A stretch of DNA of 64,000 nt from an uncultured Alphaproteobacteria bacterium (GCA_947085295.1 CAMTVX010000028.1:26148-90147); one strand, 5' to 3'; numbered from the stretch's first letter, positions 20,774 to 31,803 are shown. The notes: generated by a model from the sequence alone, not told the origin. Program-made: numbers and translations.

Positions 20774-21655
20774 CTACTTCGCCCTAATCAGCTTATCGTA
20801 ATCCCCCATCAACGTCTGCGTGATCTGACCGGGCGTAAACCTATGCGGGCCGATTTCTGACACCGGGGTTACTTCCGCCGCCGTGCCGGTGATGAAGCAT
20901 TGCTCGAATGTGCTCATTTCTTCGGGCTGGATGGCGCGTTCGATGATGTCGATCTGGCGGGTTTTGGCCAGGCTGATCACGCTTTGGCGGGTGATGCCGT
21001 CCAGGAAACAATCGGGTTTGGGCGTATGCAGTTTGCCGTCCTTGACGAAGAAAATATTGGCGCCCGTCGCTTCGGCCACCAGGCCGCGATAATCATACAT
21101 CAGCGCATCGGCATAGCCTTTGGATTCCGCCTCATGTTTGGACAGGGTGCAGATCATGTACAGACCCGCCGCCTTGGCAAAACACGGAATAGTTTCGGGC
21201 GAGGGGCGCCGCCAGCGCGAAATATCCATGCGAATGCCGCGCGCGCGTTCGGCCGGATCGAAATAGGACGGCCATTCCCACACGGCGACGGCGACATTGA
21301 TGCGTCCGGCCTGTGCCGACACGCCCATCATTTCACTGCCGCGCCACGCAATCGGGCGCACATAGGCATCGGTAAATCCCTGCGCCTTGACGGTTTCAAT
21401 GCAGGCGGCATTGATCTGATCCTGCGTATACGGAATTTTGAAATCAAGATATTCGGCGGACTTGAACAGACGCTCGGTATGCTCCTTTAATTTGAAGATT
21501 GTACCGCTATAAACCCGCTCGCCTTCGAACACGCTGTCGGCATAATGCAGGGCATGGGTCAGCACATGGATCTTGGCGTCGCGCCAGGGCACAAGCTTGC
21601 CGTTAAGCCAGATCACGCCGTCACGATCATCAAAAGAGGCAGTAGACATCGTCAT
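20774..21655 (-). CDS. ilvE: Branched-chain amino acid aminotransferase.
   Basis: PLP fold class IV with the conserved EGTGANIFFVKDGKLHTP region; 293 aa. Confidence 0.85.
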   Translation of the reverse strand: MTMSTASFDDRDGVIWLNGKLVPWRDAKIHVLTHALHYADSVFEGERVYSGTIFKLKEHTERLFKSAEYLDFKIPYTQDQINAACIETVKAQGFTDAYVRPIAWRGSEMMGVSAQAGRINVAVAVWEWPSYFDPAERARGIRMDISRWRRPSPETIPCFAKAAGLYMICTLSKHEAESKGYADALMYDYRGLVAEATGANIFFVKDGKLHTPKPDCFLDGITRQSVISLAKTRQIDIIERAIQPEEMSTFEQCFITGTAAEVTPVSEIGPHRFTPGQITQTLMGDYDKLIRAK

Positions 21656-21818
21656 ATTTCCGCAATTTAGAGGATTGGTGTAAGTTACAGTCCAAACTAA
21701 CCTTAGCTGGAGCAGCTATTACCCAATACGGGGCTAAAACAAGTGATTTTCAGGCGTTACGAACGATTATGTCGCAAAACCATGCATAGTTGTAACAAAC
21801 TTCACGAAATATGTCAAT

Positions 21819-22325
21819 ATGGCTGACATAAATATTTTATCGTCCAATGCGGGACCGGGGAGTGCCAGCGAATCGGCCAAAATTGGCGAGGCCATCGAAT
21901 TGTTGTTTTTTGCCTATCGCGATTTTACCAGTGATCCCGATGTCATACTGGCGCATTCTGATTATGGCCGTGCGCATCACCGGATATTGCATTTCGTGGG
22001 GGCCTATCCCGGCATTAATGTTGCGCAATTACTCAGCATACTGCGCATCACCAAACAGAGTCTGGGACGGGTGCTGAAACAATTACTCAAACAGGGATTT
22101 GTCGAGCAGCGCCCCGGCAACCATGACCGACGTCAGCGCCTGCTGTTTCTGACCGATAAAGGCAAGGCGTTCGAGGCGCGGCTTTCCACACCCCAGCAGG
22201 AACGGGTACGGCGCGCCTTTACGGCGGCAGGGCCCGATGCGGTTGCTGGCTATCTACAGGTGCTGGAACATCTGATTAATGAATCGGAACGTAAAGTTAT
22301 TCTTGATGCGATCAAGCGTGGATAA
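21819..22325 (+). CDS. MarR family transcriptional regulator (PetP-like position, immediately upstream of an OmpR-type response regulator).
   Basis: Winged-HTH MarR pattern (...NVAQLLSILRITKQSLGRVLKQLLKQGFVEQRPG..DRRQRLLFLTDKG). Its stop abuts the next start. Confidence 0.8.
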   Translation: MADINILSSNAGPGSASESAKIGEAIELLFFAYRDFTSDPDVILAHSDYGRAHHRILHFVGAYPGINVAQLLSILRITKQSLGRVLKQLLKQGFVEQRPGNHDRRQRLLFLTDKGKAFEARLSTPQQERVRRAFTAAGPDAVAGYLQVLEHLINESERKVILDAIKRG

Positions 22326-23036
22326 TTGCGAATGAGTGATGCGCGTTTTGAATCAGAAACCAGCGCGCCCCATATTCTGGTGGTGGATGACGACACCCGC
22401 CTGCGCAAACTTTTGCAAAAGTTTCTGATGGAGCATGGCTACCGGGTGACGCTTGCCGCCAGTGCGGCGGAGGCGCGCGCGCGCATGGATGGGCTGGCGT
22501 TTGATCTGACCGTACTGGACGTGATGATGCCGGGGGAAAGCGGGTTGGAACTGACGCAGTTTTTGCGCGGGCGCACCGAAATGCCGGTGCTGCTGTTGTC
22601 TGCGCGATCCGAAACCAATGCGCGGATTGCCGGGCTGGAGGCTGGCGCGGATGATTACCTGGGCAAGCCATTTGAGCCAAAAGAGCTTTTGCTGCGCATC
22701 CAGGCATTGCTGCGGCGCGCGGCAACAGCGACAGAGCCGCCGCTTCGCACCATCCGGCTGGGTGAATGGGAAGCCGATCTGGAGCGCGGCGATCTGCGCA
22801 ACGGCGATATGCTGATCCGGCTTGCGCCGGGTGAGCTGAGCCTTTTACGTCTGTTGGCCGCCAATCCCGGTGTGCCGGTTAGCCGCACCGAACTTTCCGA
22901 ACAAACCGGCGCCGCCCAGGAGCGCACAGTGGATGTGCAGATTACGCGGTTGCGACGCAAGTTTGAACTGGACCCGCGCGCGCCCCGTCATCTGCAAACT
23001 GTGCGCGGACAAGGATATGTGCTTTGGCCGGATTAA
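22326..23036 (+). CDS. OmpR-family two-component response regulator.
   Basis: Receiver domain (ILVVDDD...LDVMMPGESG) plus a C-terminal winged-helix DNA-binding domain. Confidence 0.85.
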   Translation: MRMSDARFESETSAPHILVVDDDTRLRKLLQKFLMEHGYRVTLAASAAEARARMDGLAFDLTVLDVMMPGESGLELTQFLRGRTEMPVLLLSARSETNARIAGLEAGADDYLGKPFEPKELLLRIQALLRRAATATEPPLRTIRLGEWEADLERGDLRNGDMLIRLAPGELSLLRLLAANPGVPVSRTELSEQTGAAQERTVDVQITRLRRKFELDPRAPRHLQTVRGQGYVLWPD

Positions 23037-24355
23037 CTGATCTATGGCCATTAAAAAACCTTTTGCCGAAAGGGCTGTTTGGCCGATCGCTGCTGATCGT
23101 GGTGGCGCCCGTAATTATATTACAGGCCATTGTCACCTATATTTTCTTTGAGCGGCACTGGGACACGGTTACACGGCGGCTGTCCCGCGCCGTGGTGGGA
23201 GAGGTCGCGATGCTGACCGAAACCTACGGTCGGCCGCTTGATGCAGCGACCATGCAGATCGTGAATGCGCAGGCAGCGCGAACCTTTCAACTGGAAGTGG
23301 CTTTTCTGCCGGGTGAAAAACTGCCCGACCCGACAACCGATGAGTCCCTGTTTTCTTCCATGGTGACGCTGAGCGATGAGCTTGCAAAACAGATTACGCA
23401 AAAATTCTGGATTGATACCCATCGATATGGCGATTATCTGGATCTGCGTGTGCAACTCGATCATGGCGTGTTGCGCATTCTGACGCCGCGCAACCGGGTC
23501 ACGTCGCAAACCGCGCATATATTTATTTTATGGATGTTCGGCACTTCACTGGTGCTGCTGACGGTCGCTGTAATCTTTCTGCGCAATCAGGTTCGCCCGA
23601 TTGCACTGCTGGCAGAAGCGGCGGAAGAATTTGGCAAAGGCCGCGAAGTGCCCGATTTCAAGGCGACCGGCGCGACTGAGGTTCGCCAGGCGGCCGCAGC
23701 CTTTCTGGAAATGCGCGACCGTATTGGACGCCAGATTGCCCAACGCACCTTTATGCTGGCGGGCGTCAGCCATGATCTTCGCACCCCATTAACGCGAATG
23801 AATTTACAACTCGCCATGCTTCCTGAAAGCGACGAGATTGAGGCGCTGCGCGCGGACATTCGTGAAATGCAATATATGCTGGATGAATATCTGGCCTTTG
23901 CTGGCGGTCAGGCGGGCGAAGCGGAAATCCAAACGGATATTGGTCAGCTTATCGAAGAAATCGTCGCCGAATACACCAGACGCGGTACACAGATCAATAT
24001 CACATCGGAGCCGGATTTGTTTTTGCCACTGCGGCGCGGAAGCTTCAAACGCTGCATTGTAAATCTGGTCGAGAATGCGCATTCCCACGGCAAACATGTC
24101 GAAATCCACGCGGCCAGAACCGGCGACCATATCGAAATTGCCATTGAAGATGATGGCCCCGGCCTGCCCCCGGATAAATACGAAGACGCATTTGTACCGT
24201 TTCAGCGCTTTGACGATAGCCGTAATCCGGATCGCGCAGGGGTGGGGCTTGGGCTTGCGATTGCCCGCGACATCGCGCGCAGTCACGGCGGCGATATAAG
24301 TCTGGGGCGTTGCAGAACCGGTGGTTTGCGCGCCACTATCCGCATACCCGTATAA
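23024..24355 (+). CDS. Sensor histidine kinase (two TM helices, HAMP, HisKA, HATPase).
   Basis: H-box GVSHDLRTPLTRM and G-boxes DDGPGLP / GVGLGLAI. It overlaps the response-regulator gene by 13 nt. Confidence 0.85.
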   Translation: MAGLTDLWPLKNLLPKGLFGRSLLIVVAPVIILQAIVTYIFFERHWDTVTRRLSRAVVGEVAMLTETYGRPLDAATMQIVNAQAARTFQLEVAFLPGEKLPDPTTDESLFSSMVTLSDELAKQITQKFWIDTHRYGDYLDLRVQLDHGVLRILTPRNRVTSQTAHIFILWMFGTSLVLLTVAVIFLRNQVRPIALLAEAAEEFGKGREVPDFKATGATEVRQAAAAFLEMRDRIGRQIAQRTFMLAGVSHDLRTPLTRMNLQLAMLPESDEIEALRADIREMQYMLDEYLAFAGGQAGEAEIQTDIGQLIEEIVAEYTRRGTQINITSEPDLFLPLRRGSFKRCIVNLVENAHSHGKHVEIHAARTGDHIEIAIEDDGPGLPPDKYEDAFVPFQRFDDSRNPDRAGVGLGLAIARDIARSHGGDISLGRCRTGGLRATIRIPV

Positions 24356-24395
24356 AATGCTATGTTTGACGCCGACTCAACAAATGTGAAGTATC

Positions 24396-26228
24396 GTGAG
24401 CGATAACAACAAAAAAACTGGCGTGACGCAGGAGGATTCCAGCGTAAACCAATCTGCTGTTGCGCTGATGCGCCGGCTGATCACGGATCATATGCGACCA
24501 CATATGTGGCGTATTCTTGCCGCCATTTCGTTGATGGCTATCGTCGCGGCATCAACCGCCATGACGGCGCAATTGCTGGACCCGGCTATAAAATATCTGT
24601 TCATAGATAAAAACCCGAACATGCTGATACTGATACCGCTGGCGGTGTTTGGCGTCATGGTCATAAAAGCAGGCGCGAGTTTTGGTGAAAATATTCTAAT
24701 GAATTTTGTTGGACAGCGTATTATTTCTGACATTCAGATCGGCATGTTTGAACATCTGATGAAGGCCGATACCGGTTGGCTGCGGCGATATCACAGCGGC
24801 AAGATTATCGCGCATTTTCTCAATGACGCGGTATTGATGCGCGAAGCGGTTAGCCGTTCGATCACCGGGCTTGGCAAGGATTTTCTGACCCTCATTATGC
24901 TTCTGGGGGTGATGGTGTATCAGGATCCGGTAATGACGGGCATCGCAATTTTCATCCTGCCCGTTGTGGTTGGATTTGTCCGGCAGTTGTCGCGGCTGAT
25001 GCGCAAATCCGTAAATCGCGGCATGGTGGAAACCGGCAATCTTTCCACACTGCTTTCCGAAACGCTGGCGGGCAGCCGTGTTGTGAAAGCCTATGGCCAG
25101 GAAAGTCATGAAGTCCGGCGCGTCACTCAATCTATTAACCGGCGCATGGATTTTATTATGCGCGGGGTGCGCGCACGATCTGCCGCTGCGCCGATTACCG
25201 AAGTGCTGACCGGCCTTGCGATTGCCGCCGCGATTTATTATTCGGGCGTCCGCGCGCTTTCGGGAAATATGGAAATCAACCATTTTGCGGCTTTTCTGGG
25301 CGCCATGATGCTGGCTTATCAGCCGCTGAAAAGTCTTGCGACCCTTAGCACGGCCTTGCAGGAAGGGCTTGCTGCGGCCGCGCGCAGTTTTTCGGTTATG
25401 GATATAAAACCCTCGATCCATGATGGACCTGATGCAACCTCTCTGAACGTGCAGCGGGGCCGCATAAAATTTGAAAATGTTCATTTTTCCTATGATGAAG
25501 ATGAGGAGGCGCTGCGCGGCATTGATCTCGAAATAGCGCCCGGACAGACTATCGCGCTGGTTGGGCCCAGTGGCGCTGGCAAAAGCACGATGCTCAATCT
25601 GATCCCGCGTTTTTATGATGTTACATCGGGGCGGCTGACCATCGATGGCGCTGATGTGCGTGATGTGACGATGGCGTCATTGCGCAAGGCCATCGCGCTG
25701 GTGACACAGGAGCCATTTCTGTTTGACGATACCGTGCGCGCGAATATCGCCTATGGGCGGCCAGAAGCGGATAGCGCAGAAATTGAAGCTGCGGCGCGCG
25801 CGGCAGATGCGCACGAGTTTATCATGGCGTTACCGCAAGGTTATCTTACCATTGTTGGCGAGGCCGGTATGCGATTGTCCGGCGGGCAACGCCAACGGTT
25901 GGCCATTGCGCGCGCCATGCTGAAAAACGCGCCGATATTATTGCTGGACGAAGCGACATCATCGCTGGACACGGATTCTGAACGTCAGGTGCAGGGCGCG
26001 CTGGCCAAATTGATGCAGGGGCGCACTTCACTGGTGATTGCGCACCGTCTTTCGACCATCATGGATGCCGATTGCATTCATGTGATTGTAGATGGACGCA
26101 TTGTCGAATCCGGAAAACACCAACAGTTGCTTGCCAAAAATGGCATATATGCCGGCCTGTGTCGCAGCCAGTTTACGGACATGGATGCACATGATGAAAC
26201 GCCCAGGACGGCAATATCCGCCATATGA
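24396..26228 (+). CDS. msbA: ABC transporter permease/ATP-binding protein, MsbA-like lipid A-core flippase.
   Basis: Six-TM exporter domain plus a nucleotide-binding domain (GPSGAGKST, LSGGQRQR, LLLDEATSSLD). It sits at the head of the DUF374-waaA-lpxK cluster. Confidence 0.75.
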   Translation: MSDNNKKTGVTQEDSSVNQSAVALMRRLITDHMRPHMWRILAAISLMAIVAASTAMTAQLLDPAIKYLFIDKNPNMLILIPLAVFGVMVIKAGASFGENILMNFVGQRIISDIQIGMFEHLMKADTGWLRRYHSGKIIAHFLNDAVLMREAVSRSITGLGKDFLTLIMLLGVMVYQDPVMTGIAIFILPVVVGFVRQLSRLMRKSVNRGMVETGNLSTLLSETLAGSRVVKAYGQESHEVRRVTQSINRRMDFIMRGVRARSAAAPITEVLTGLAIAAAIYYSGVRALSGNMEINHFAAFLGAMMLAYQPLKSLATLSTALQEGLAAAARSFSVMDIKPSIHDGPDATSLNVQRGRIKFENVHFSYDEDEEALRGIDLEIAPGQTIALVGPSGAGKSTMLNLIPRFYDVTSGRLTIDGADVRDVTMASLRKAIALVTQEPFLFDDTVRANIAYGRPEADSAEIEAAARAADAHEFIMALPQGYLTIVGEAGMRLSGGQRQRLAIARAMLKNAPILLLDEATSSLDTDSERQVQGALAKLMQGRTSLVIAHRLSTIMDADCIHVIVDGRIVESGKHQQLLAKNGIYAGLCRSQFTDMDAHDETPRTAISAI

Positions 26229-26941
26229 AGCCGTCCGCGCAATTGTTTCATAAGCGTTTTTTCCGAATCATCGTATGCTGGCTTGTTGCCATGTTTATCC
26301 GTCTGGTTTGGATGTCGGGTAGATGGCGAACCGTGGGGGCGGAAATACCGTCAGCATTTTGGGACAGCAATCAGCCATTTATTCTGGCCTTTTGGCATGG
26401 ACGCTTGATGATGATGCCCTATTGCTGGCGTCCGGAAAAAGGGATGAACATGCTAATTTCACAGCATCGTGACGGCGAACTTATTGCGCGCACAATCGGC
26501 CATTTTGGTTTGGGTTCGATACGTGGATCAAGCGCCAAACCCGGCAAGCAGGATAAAGGCGGCGGTGGGGCGCTGCGCGCGATGATCAAACAATTGTCAC
26601 GCAATGAATATGTTGGCATCACGCCCGATGGGCCGCGCGGCCCGCGCCAGCGTGTGGGCGATGGCATACTTTCCGTCGCACGACTTTCCGGCGTCCCCAT
26701 AATTCCCGTCAGCTTTGCAACAAAGCGACGCATTCACACCAGAAGCTGGGACCGGTTTTTAATCGCTTTGCCATTTTCCAGTGGCGTATTCGTATGGGGC
26801 AAGCCGCATTATGTGCCGCGCGATGCCGATGCGGACATGCAGGAAAAGGCGCGCCTGATGCTGGAACAGGATCTTAATCGCATTACGGCAGAGGCCGATG
26901 CGCAATGCGGCCATTCACAGTCCGGGCACGAAGCAGCATGA
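26225..26941 (+). CDS. DUF374 / lysophospholipid acyltransferase-like protein commonly found upstream of waaA.
   Basis: 238 aa with an N-terminal TM helix. The conserved neighbourhood is msbA-DUF374-kdtA. ATGA overlap with waaA. Confidence 0.65.
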   Translation: MKPSAQLFHKRFFRIIVCWLVAMFIRLVWMSGRWRTVGAEIPSAFWDSNQPFILAFWHGRLMMMPYCWRPEKGMNMLISQHRDGELIARTIGHFGLGSIRGSSAKPGKQDKGGGGALRAMIKQLSRNEYVGITPDGPRGPRQRVGDGILSVARLSGVPIIPVSFATKRRIHTRSWDRFLIALPFSSGVFVWGKPHYVPRDADADMQEKARLMLEQDLNRITAEADAQCGHSQSGHEAA

Positions 26942-28206
26942 TCCGGCTTTATGGTTTACTGTGCTTTCTATCCGCACCATTTATCTATCTGCTGTTATGG
27001 CGACGCAAACGCACAGGCAAGGAAGACCCCGAACGCATCACCGAACGAAGGGGACGAACCAACACCATCCGCCCAGTGGGAAAATTACTGTGGGTTCACG
27101 CGGCAAGTATAGGCGAAGGCCTGTCTGCGCTTCCAATGATACAGCAACTGCTCGCCCGCAATTCTGATCTTAATGTGCTGATTACAACGGGAACCGTATC
27201 TTCGGCCCGCATATTGGAAAAACAATTACCCGGGCGTGTCACCCATCAGTTTGTTCCATATGATCGCGCGCGATGGGTGCGGCGGTTTCTGGATCATTGG
27301 CGGCCAGACGTCGCGGTCTGGATTGAATCTGAACTGTGGCCGAATTTAATGCTGGAAACCGCTGCGCGCTGCATTCCGATGGCGCTGGTCAATGGACGCA
27401 TGTCGGCGCGCTCCTACCGGCGATGGCGGCTGGGACGGCGCAGCATCGAACACCTGCTGAACTGTTTTCGCGTCATTCTGGCGCATGACGAACAGAGCGC
27501 GAAATTTATCCGCAATCTGGGCGCCCTTCATGCCACGCATGTTGGTGATCTGAAACAGGCGGCCGAGGCGTTGCCCGTTGACGAAGCCGAACTGGCCCGG
27601 TTTCTGGCCACTATCGGGGATCGACCCGTATGGCTGGCCGCCAGCACGCATGCCGGTGAAGAAGACGCCGTTCAAAAAGTACACGAAAGTTTGCGTGAGC
27701 GGTTTCCAGGGCTGCTTAGTATCATTGCGCCGCGCCATGCGGATCGTGGCCTCGCGATTGCCCAACAGATTACCGGCGCAGGTTTGAATGTCGTGCGCCG
27801 TTCAACCGGCGAGATGCCTACCCGCGATACGGACATTTATCTTGCCGACACGATGGGCGAGATGGGTTTGATTTACCGCCTGACAATGATTGCCTTTGTT
27901 GGTGGCAGCCTGGTTCCACATGGCGGGCAAAATCCGCTGGAACCTGCGCGGCTTGGCAGCGCCATTCTGCACGGGCCGCATATTGATAATTTTACCTCGA
28001 TATATGCAGATCTGGATGCCGCAGGCGCAGCGCGCCAGATCAATGATGTTTCCCTGCTTGCGGATAATGTCGCGATGCTGTTACGTGACAAACAGACCGC
28101 TGCATCGCGTGGACGCGCGGCAAAGGCGCAGGCGCTAAAGGGACGCGACAAGGTGCTGGAACATATCATTGCCGCCATTGAACCATTGTTGCCGGACCGC
28201 AAATAA
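26938..28206 (+). CDS. waaA: 3-deoxy-D-manno-octulosonic acid (Kdo) transferase.
   Basis: LWVHAASIGEGLSALPMIQQL is typical of the KdtA N-terminus. GT-B fold, ~420 aa. Confidence 0.85.
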   Translation: MIRLYGLLCFLSAPFIYLLLWRRKRTGKEDPERITERRGRTNTIRPVGKLLWVHAASIGEGLSALPMIQQLLARNSDLNVLITTGTVSSARILEKQLPGRVTHQFVPYDRARWVRRFLDHWRPDVAVWIESELWPNLMLETAARCIPMALVNGRMSARSYRRWRLGRRSIEHLLNCFRVILAHDEQSAKFIRNLGALHATHVGDLKQAAEALPVDEAELARFLATIGDRPVWLAASTHAGEEDAVQKVHESLRERFPGLLSIIAPRHADRGLAIAQQITGAGLNVVRRSTGEMPTRDTDIYLADTMGEMGLIYRLTMIAFVGGSLVPHGGQNPLEPARLGSAILHGPHIDNFTSIYADLDAAGAARQINDVSLLADNVAMLLRDKQTAASRGRAAKAQALKGRDKVLEHIIAAIEPLLPDRK

Positions 28207-29183
28207 TGCGCGCGCCAGAATTCTGGTATCCCTTGACTGGACGAACTGCTGGCCTCCTGCCCTGGCTGCTGGCGCCATTTGCCCTGTGTTACATGTTCGC
28301 TGGCTGGTTACGTGCGGCATTTGCACAGCCCTATCGCGCTGCAATTCCCGTTATCTGTGTCGGCAATCTTACCGCTGGCGGTACGGGAAAAACTCCGGTG
28401 GCGCTGGCGCTGGCGGCGCGCTTGCTGAATGAGGGCGTAAAAGTACATTTTCTTACGCGCGGATATGGTGGCAATATTGCGGGTCCGGTACGCGTTGAGC
28501 CGAACAATCATAACGCGGCGCATGTGGGCGACGAGGCCCTGTTGCTGGTGGGCGTTGCCCCCACCTGGGTGGCGCGCGATCCAAAAGCCGGGGCCAGGGC
28601 AGCGATTTCCGCCGGGGCCGAACTGCTGATTTTGGATGATGGGCTTCAGAACCCATATCTGGTCAAGGATTTATCCATTGCGCTGATAGATGCAGAACGT
28701 GGTTTTGGAAATGGCTGGGTGATCCCGTCCGGGCCATTGCGCGAACCGGTGGCACGTGGCCTTTCCCGCGCCAGCGCGATCATCACCATCGGCGATGGTG
28801 GAAGTTTTTCAGGCTTTGGAAAAACGCAGTTGCGCGCGCACCGGCATATTCTGAGTCCGGATGCCGTAAATGGCAAACGCCTGTATGCGTTTTGTGGTAT
28901 TGGCGCGCCTCAGCAGTTTTTCGATATGCTGCGAAATGCAGGGGCCGATCTGGCTGGCGCGGTGGCATTCCCGGATCATCATCCGTATACGGATGATGAA
29001 ATCAATCAGATTATTTTGAATGCGCTGAAACTGGACGCAACCCCCATTACCACAGAAAAAGACCGGGTCCGTCTATCCGCGCAGATGCGCCAGAAAATAC
29101 CTGCGATTGCGATGGAAATACGTTTTTGCGATGAACCGGCATTGGCGCGCCTGCTTGAGTCTGTGATACACAGGCCCGCATGA
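28206..29183 (+). CDS. lpxK: Tetraacyldisaccharide 4'-kinase.
   Basis: P-loop VGNLTAGGTGKTP and LpxK family length; ATGA-coupled to waaA. Confidence 0.9.
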   Translation: MRAPEFWYPLTGRTAGLLPWLLAPFALCYMFAGWLRAAFAQPYRAAIPVICVGNLTAGGTGKTPVALALAARLLNEGVKVHFLTRGYGGNIAGPVRVEPNNHNAAHVGDEALLLVGVAPTWVARDPKAGARAAISAGAELLILDDGLQNPYLVKDLSIALIDAERGFGNGWVIPSGPLREPVARGLSRASAIITIGDGGSFSGFGKTQLRAHRHILSPDAVNGKRLYAFCGIGAPQQFFDMLRNAGADLAGAVAFPDHHPYTDDEINQIILNALKLDATPITTEKDRVRLSAQMRQKIPAIAMEIRFCDEPALARLLESVIHRPA

Positions 29184-30073
29184 AGGCCCCCACCCCATAT
29201 CGTCGTATGCGCCGCGTCACAGAGGCCGCCATTATGCGCACCCTGCTATCGGGGTTGCGCCTGCTATCCGTGGATCGCGCTTCCGCGATCGGCGGGGCGA
29301 TTGGGCGCACCATCGGACCGTATCTTGGCGTCACGCGCCACGCGGAGAAAAATCTGCGCGCCTGTTTCAGCCAGATGGATAAAGCGCAAATCACCACGAT
29401 CATTTCTGACATGTGGGAAAATCTGGGCCGCACCGCATTTGAATATGCGCACCTTGACAGCTTTCGTTTTTATGAAAATGACAGCCCCGTTGAAGTACGA
29501 GGCATGGACCATATCGCGCAGGTCGTTGACGCAGGTAAAGGCGCGATTTTTGTCAGCGGCCATTTCGCCAATTGGGAATTGCTGTCTGCGGGTCTGGTGC
29601 AGCGTGGACTACCGGTAATGACCGTGTATCGCGCGGCCAGCAATCCGTTGGCGGATGAAATTATCACCGAACTGCGCCGCACAATGGGCACACCGCATCA
29701 GGCGCCCAAAGGCCCCGCCGGTGCGCGCATGCTGCTGTCCTGGATGAATGAACGCAAATATGTCGCCATGCTGTCGGACCAGAAAATGAACGATGGCGTC
29801 GCCGCAGATTTTCTTGGCCGCCCGGCCATGTGTCCCCCCGCCGCAGCGCAGCTTGCCCGCCGCTTTGGCTGTCCCATTGTGTTCGCCAGCATCCGCCGCA
29901 CAATTGGGGCGCATTTTATCATAGAGGTGCAGGAACCATTTTACGTTCCCCAAACCAGAGATCGCGCCGCCGATATATTGACGGGCGTCAATGAAATCAA
30001 TCACCGGCTGGAAATTTTTATTCGCCGCTATCCTGCCCAGTGGCTGTGGCTGCATCGTCGCTGGCCTGACTAA
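29180..30073 (+). CDS. Lipid A biosynthesis lauroyl/myristoyl acyltransferase (LpxL/HtrB family).
   Basis: LPLAT-family motif around FVSGHFANWEL. Last gene of the lipid A cluster. Confidence 0.75.
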   Translation: MKAPTPYRRMRRVTEAAIMRTLLSGLRLLSVDRASAIGGAIGRTIGPYLGVTRHAEKNLRACFSQMDKAQITTIISDMWENLGRTAFEYAHLDSFRFYENDSPVEVRGMDHIAQVVDAGKGAIFVSGHFANWELLSAGLVQRGLPVMTVYRAASNPLADEIITELRRTMGTPHQAPKGPAGARMLLSWMNERKYVAMLSDQKMNDGVAADFLGRPAMCPPAAAQLARRFGCPIVFASIRRTIGAHFIIEVQEPFYVPQTRDRAADILTGVNEINHRLEIFIRRYPAQWLWLHRRWPD

Positions 30074-30281
30074 GCGCCATCTCACGTTCAGTTGATGCCA
30101 ACGCGCTGCAATAGGCCTCCTGACGCACCGGGTTCCAGTAGCGCAGTTCCTCCAGCGGAATGGGCTTGCCGGTGACAGCGCAGATCACAAAACTACCGGG
30201 TGACAGAATCTGATAATCCGAAAGATCATAGCGCAGCCGGGCGGGGCCGTTCGATTTGCCTGAAAAACTTTTTTCGTCCAT
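30018..30281 (-). CDS. DUF2093 domain protein.
   Basis: PARLRYDLSDYQILSPGSFVICAVTGKPIPLEELRYWNPVRQEAYCS matches the small conserved alphaproteobacterial protein usually found next to xseA. Confidence 0.6.
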   Translation of the reverse strand: MDEKSFSGKSNGPARLRYDLSDYQILSPGSFVICAVTGKPIPLEELRYWNPVRQEAYCSALASTEREMALSQASDDAATATGQDSGE

Positions 30282-30308
30282 GCGCGTTGTTGACACCTGA
30301 TGCTATGA

Positions 30309-31779
30309 TTAAAACAAACGACCCTGGTTATCGCTTGCGGGTTTTGGCCCGGCCCTGCCGGTTGCCATTGGGGCGGGCTTTGCCCCGTCGATTGTAGCAC
30401 TGCGCCGTCCATCCTGAAACTCGATTTCCACCGCCATGCCGGGGGCCGTATCCGCTGCCATGTGCAGCGGTTTGCCCGCCCCATCGCGGACCAGCGCAAA
30501 ACCGCGCGCCAGCACCCCCTGATGCGACAGCGCGCGCAGCAATTGGCCCAGCCCATCCAGCCTGACGCTGTGATCGCGCAGTAGCCGGCGCTCGCCATCC
30601 TGCAAACGGCGTATCGCTTCGCTCAGGCTGCGCTGCCCGCGTTGAATATGGTCATGCACCAATCCCGCGCGTAAGCGCGCCGCAAGCCGCGCCAGCCGGG
30701 TTTCGCCTGCGCGTATGTTGGCCAGCAGCGCACGCGGCAAGCGCTCCGCCACCGCATCGAACCGCTGGCGCGGCAGCCCAAGAATTTCGCTCAGTCGCGG
30801 CAGGCCGCGCGCCGCACTGATCAGCCGCGCGCGCCGTTCCTCTAACAGGCGCCCCTGCGCGCCCAGCAGGCGGCGTTCGAAATCCAGCACCTGGGCACGC
30901 AATTCACTGCGCACCGGCACCGCCATTTCAGCGGCCGCCGTCGGCGTCGGGGCGCGCAGATCGGACGCAAAATCGATCAGCGTGGTATCGGTTTCATGGC
31001 CCACCGCGCTGATCAGCGGGATGTCACTGGCCGCCGCCGCGCGCACCACGATCTCTTCGTTGAACGCCCACAGATCTTCGATGCTGCCGCCGCCGCGCGC
31101 CACGATAATCACATCCGGGCGCGGCACGGCGCCGCCGGGCGCAAGCCGGTTAAAGCCCTCAATCGCTGCTGCAATCTGCCCCGCCGCCTGTTCGCCCTGC
31201 ACCAGCACCGGCCACAGCAACACATGGCGCGGAAACCGGTCCGCCAGCCGGTGCAGAATATCGCGGATCACCGCACCCGTCGGCGAGGTGACAATGCCGA
31301 TCACTTCCGGCAGATAAGGAATAAGCTGTTTTCGCGCCGCATCGAACAGTCCTTCGGACGCAAGTTTCTTGCGCCGTTCTTCGAGTTGCGCCAGCAGCGC
31401 GCCGATGCCCGCAGGCGCCATGCTCTCAATCACGATCTGATATTTCGAGCGTGCCGGATAGGTGGTCAGCTTGCCGGTACACACCACTTCCATGCCGTCT
31501 TCCGGCTTGAAGCGAAGCGTACTGGCCACCCCTTTCCACATCACCCCATCAATCACCGCCCGGTCATCTTTCAGCGTCAGATAACAATGCCCGCTGGCCG
31601 CCCGCATAAACCCCGAAATCTCGCCCCGCACCCGCACCAGCCCAAACTCACCCTCAACCAGGCGCTTGAGCGCTGTTGATAACTCGCTGACGCTGAGTTC
31701 GGGAAGGTTGGTGGGGGTATCGGAAAGACTCACGTTATGTCCTTGGGCTTTTTGCTTTGCGATCTGCATGATACAAGTC
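30309..31779 (-). CDS. xseA: Exodeoxyribonuclease VII large subunit.
   Basis: OB-fold N-terminus [30 protein letters not shown] and a catalytic core. The ORF-track start at 31991 would overlap divergent purD, so the internal Met (MQIAKQKAQ) is preferred. Confidence 0.9.
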
Positions 31780-31803
31780 CCGGATGATTTTGGGAAATAA
31801 AGC

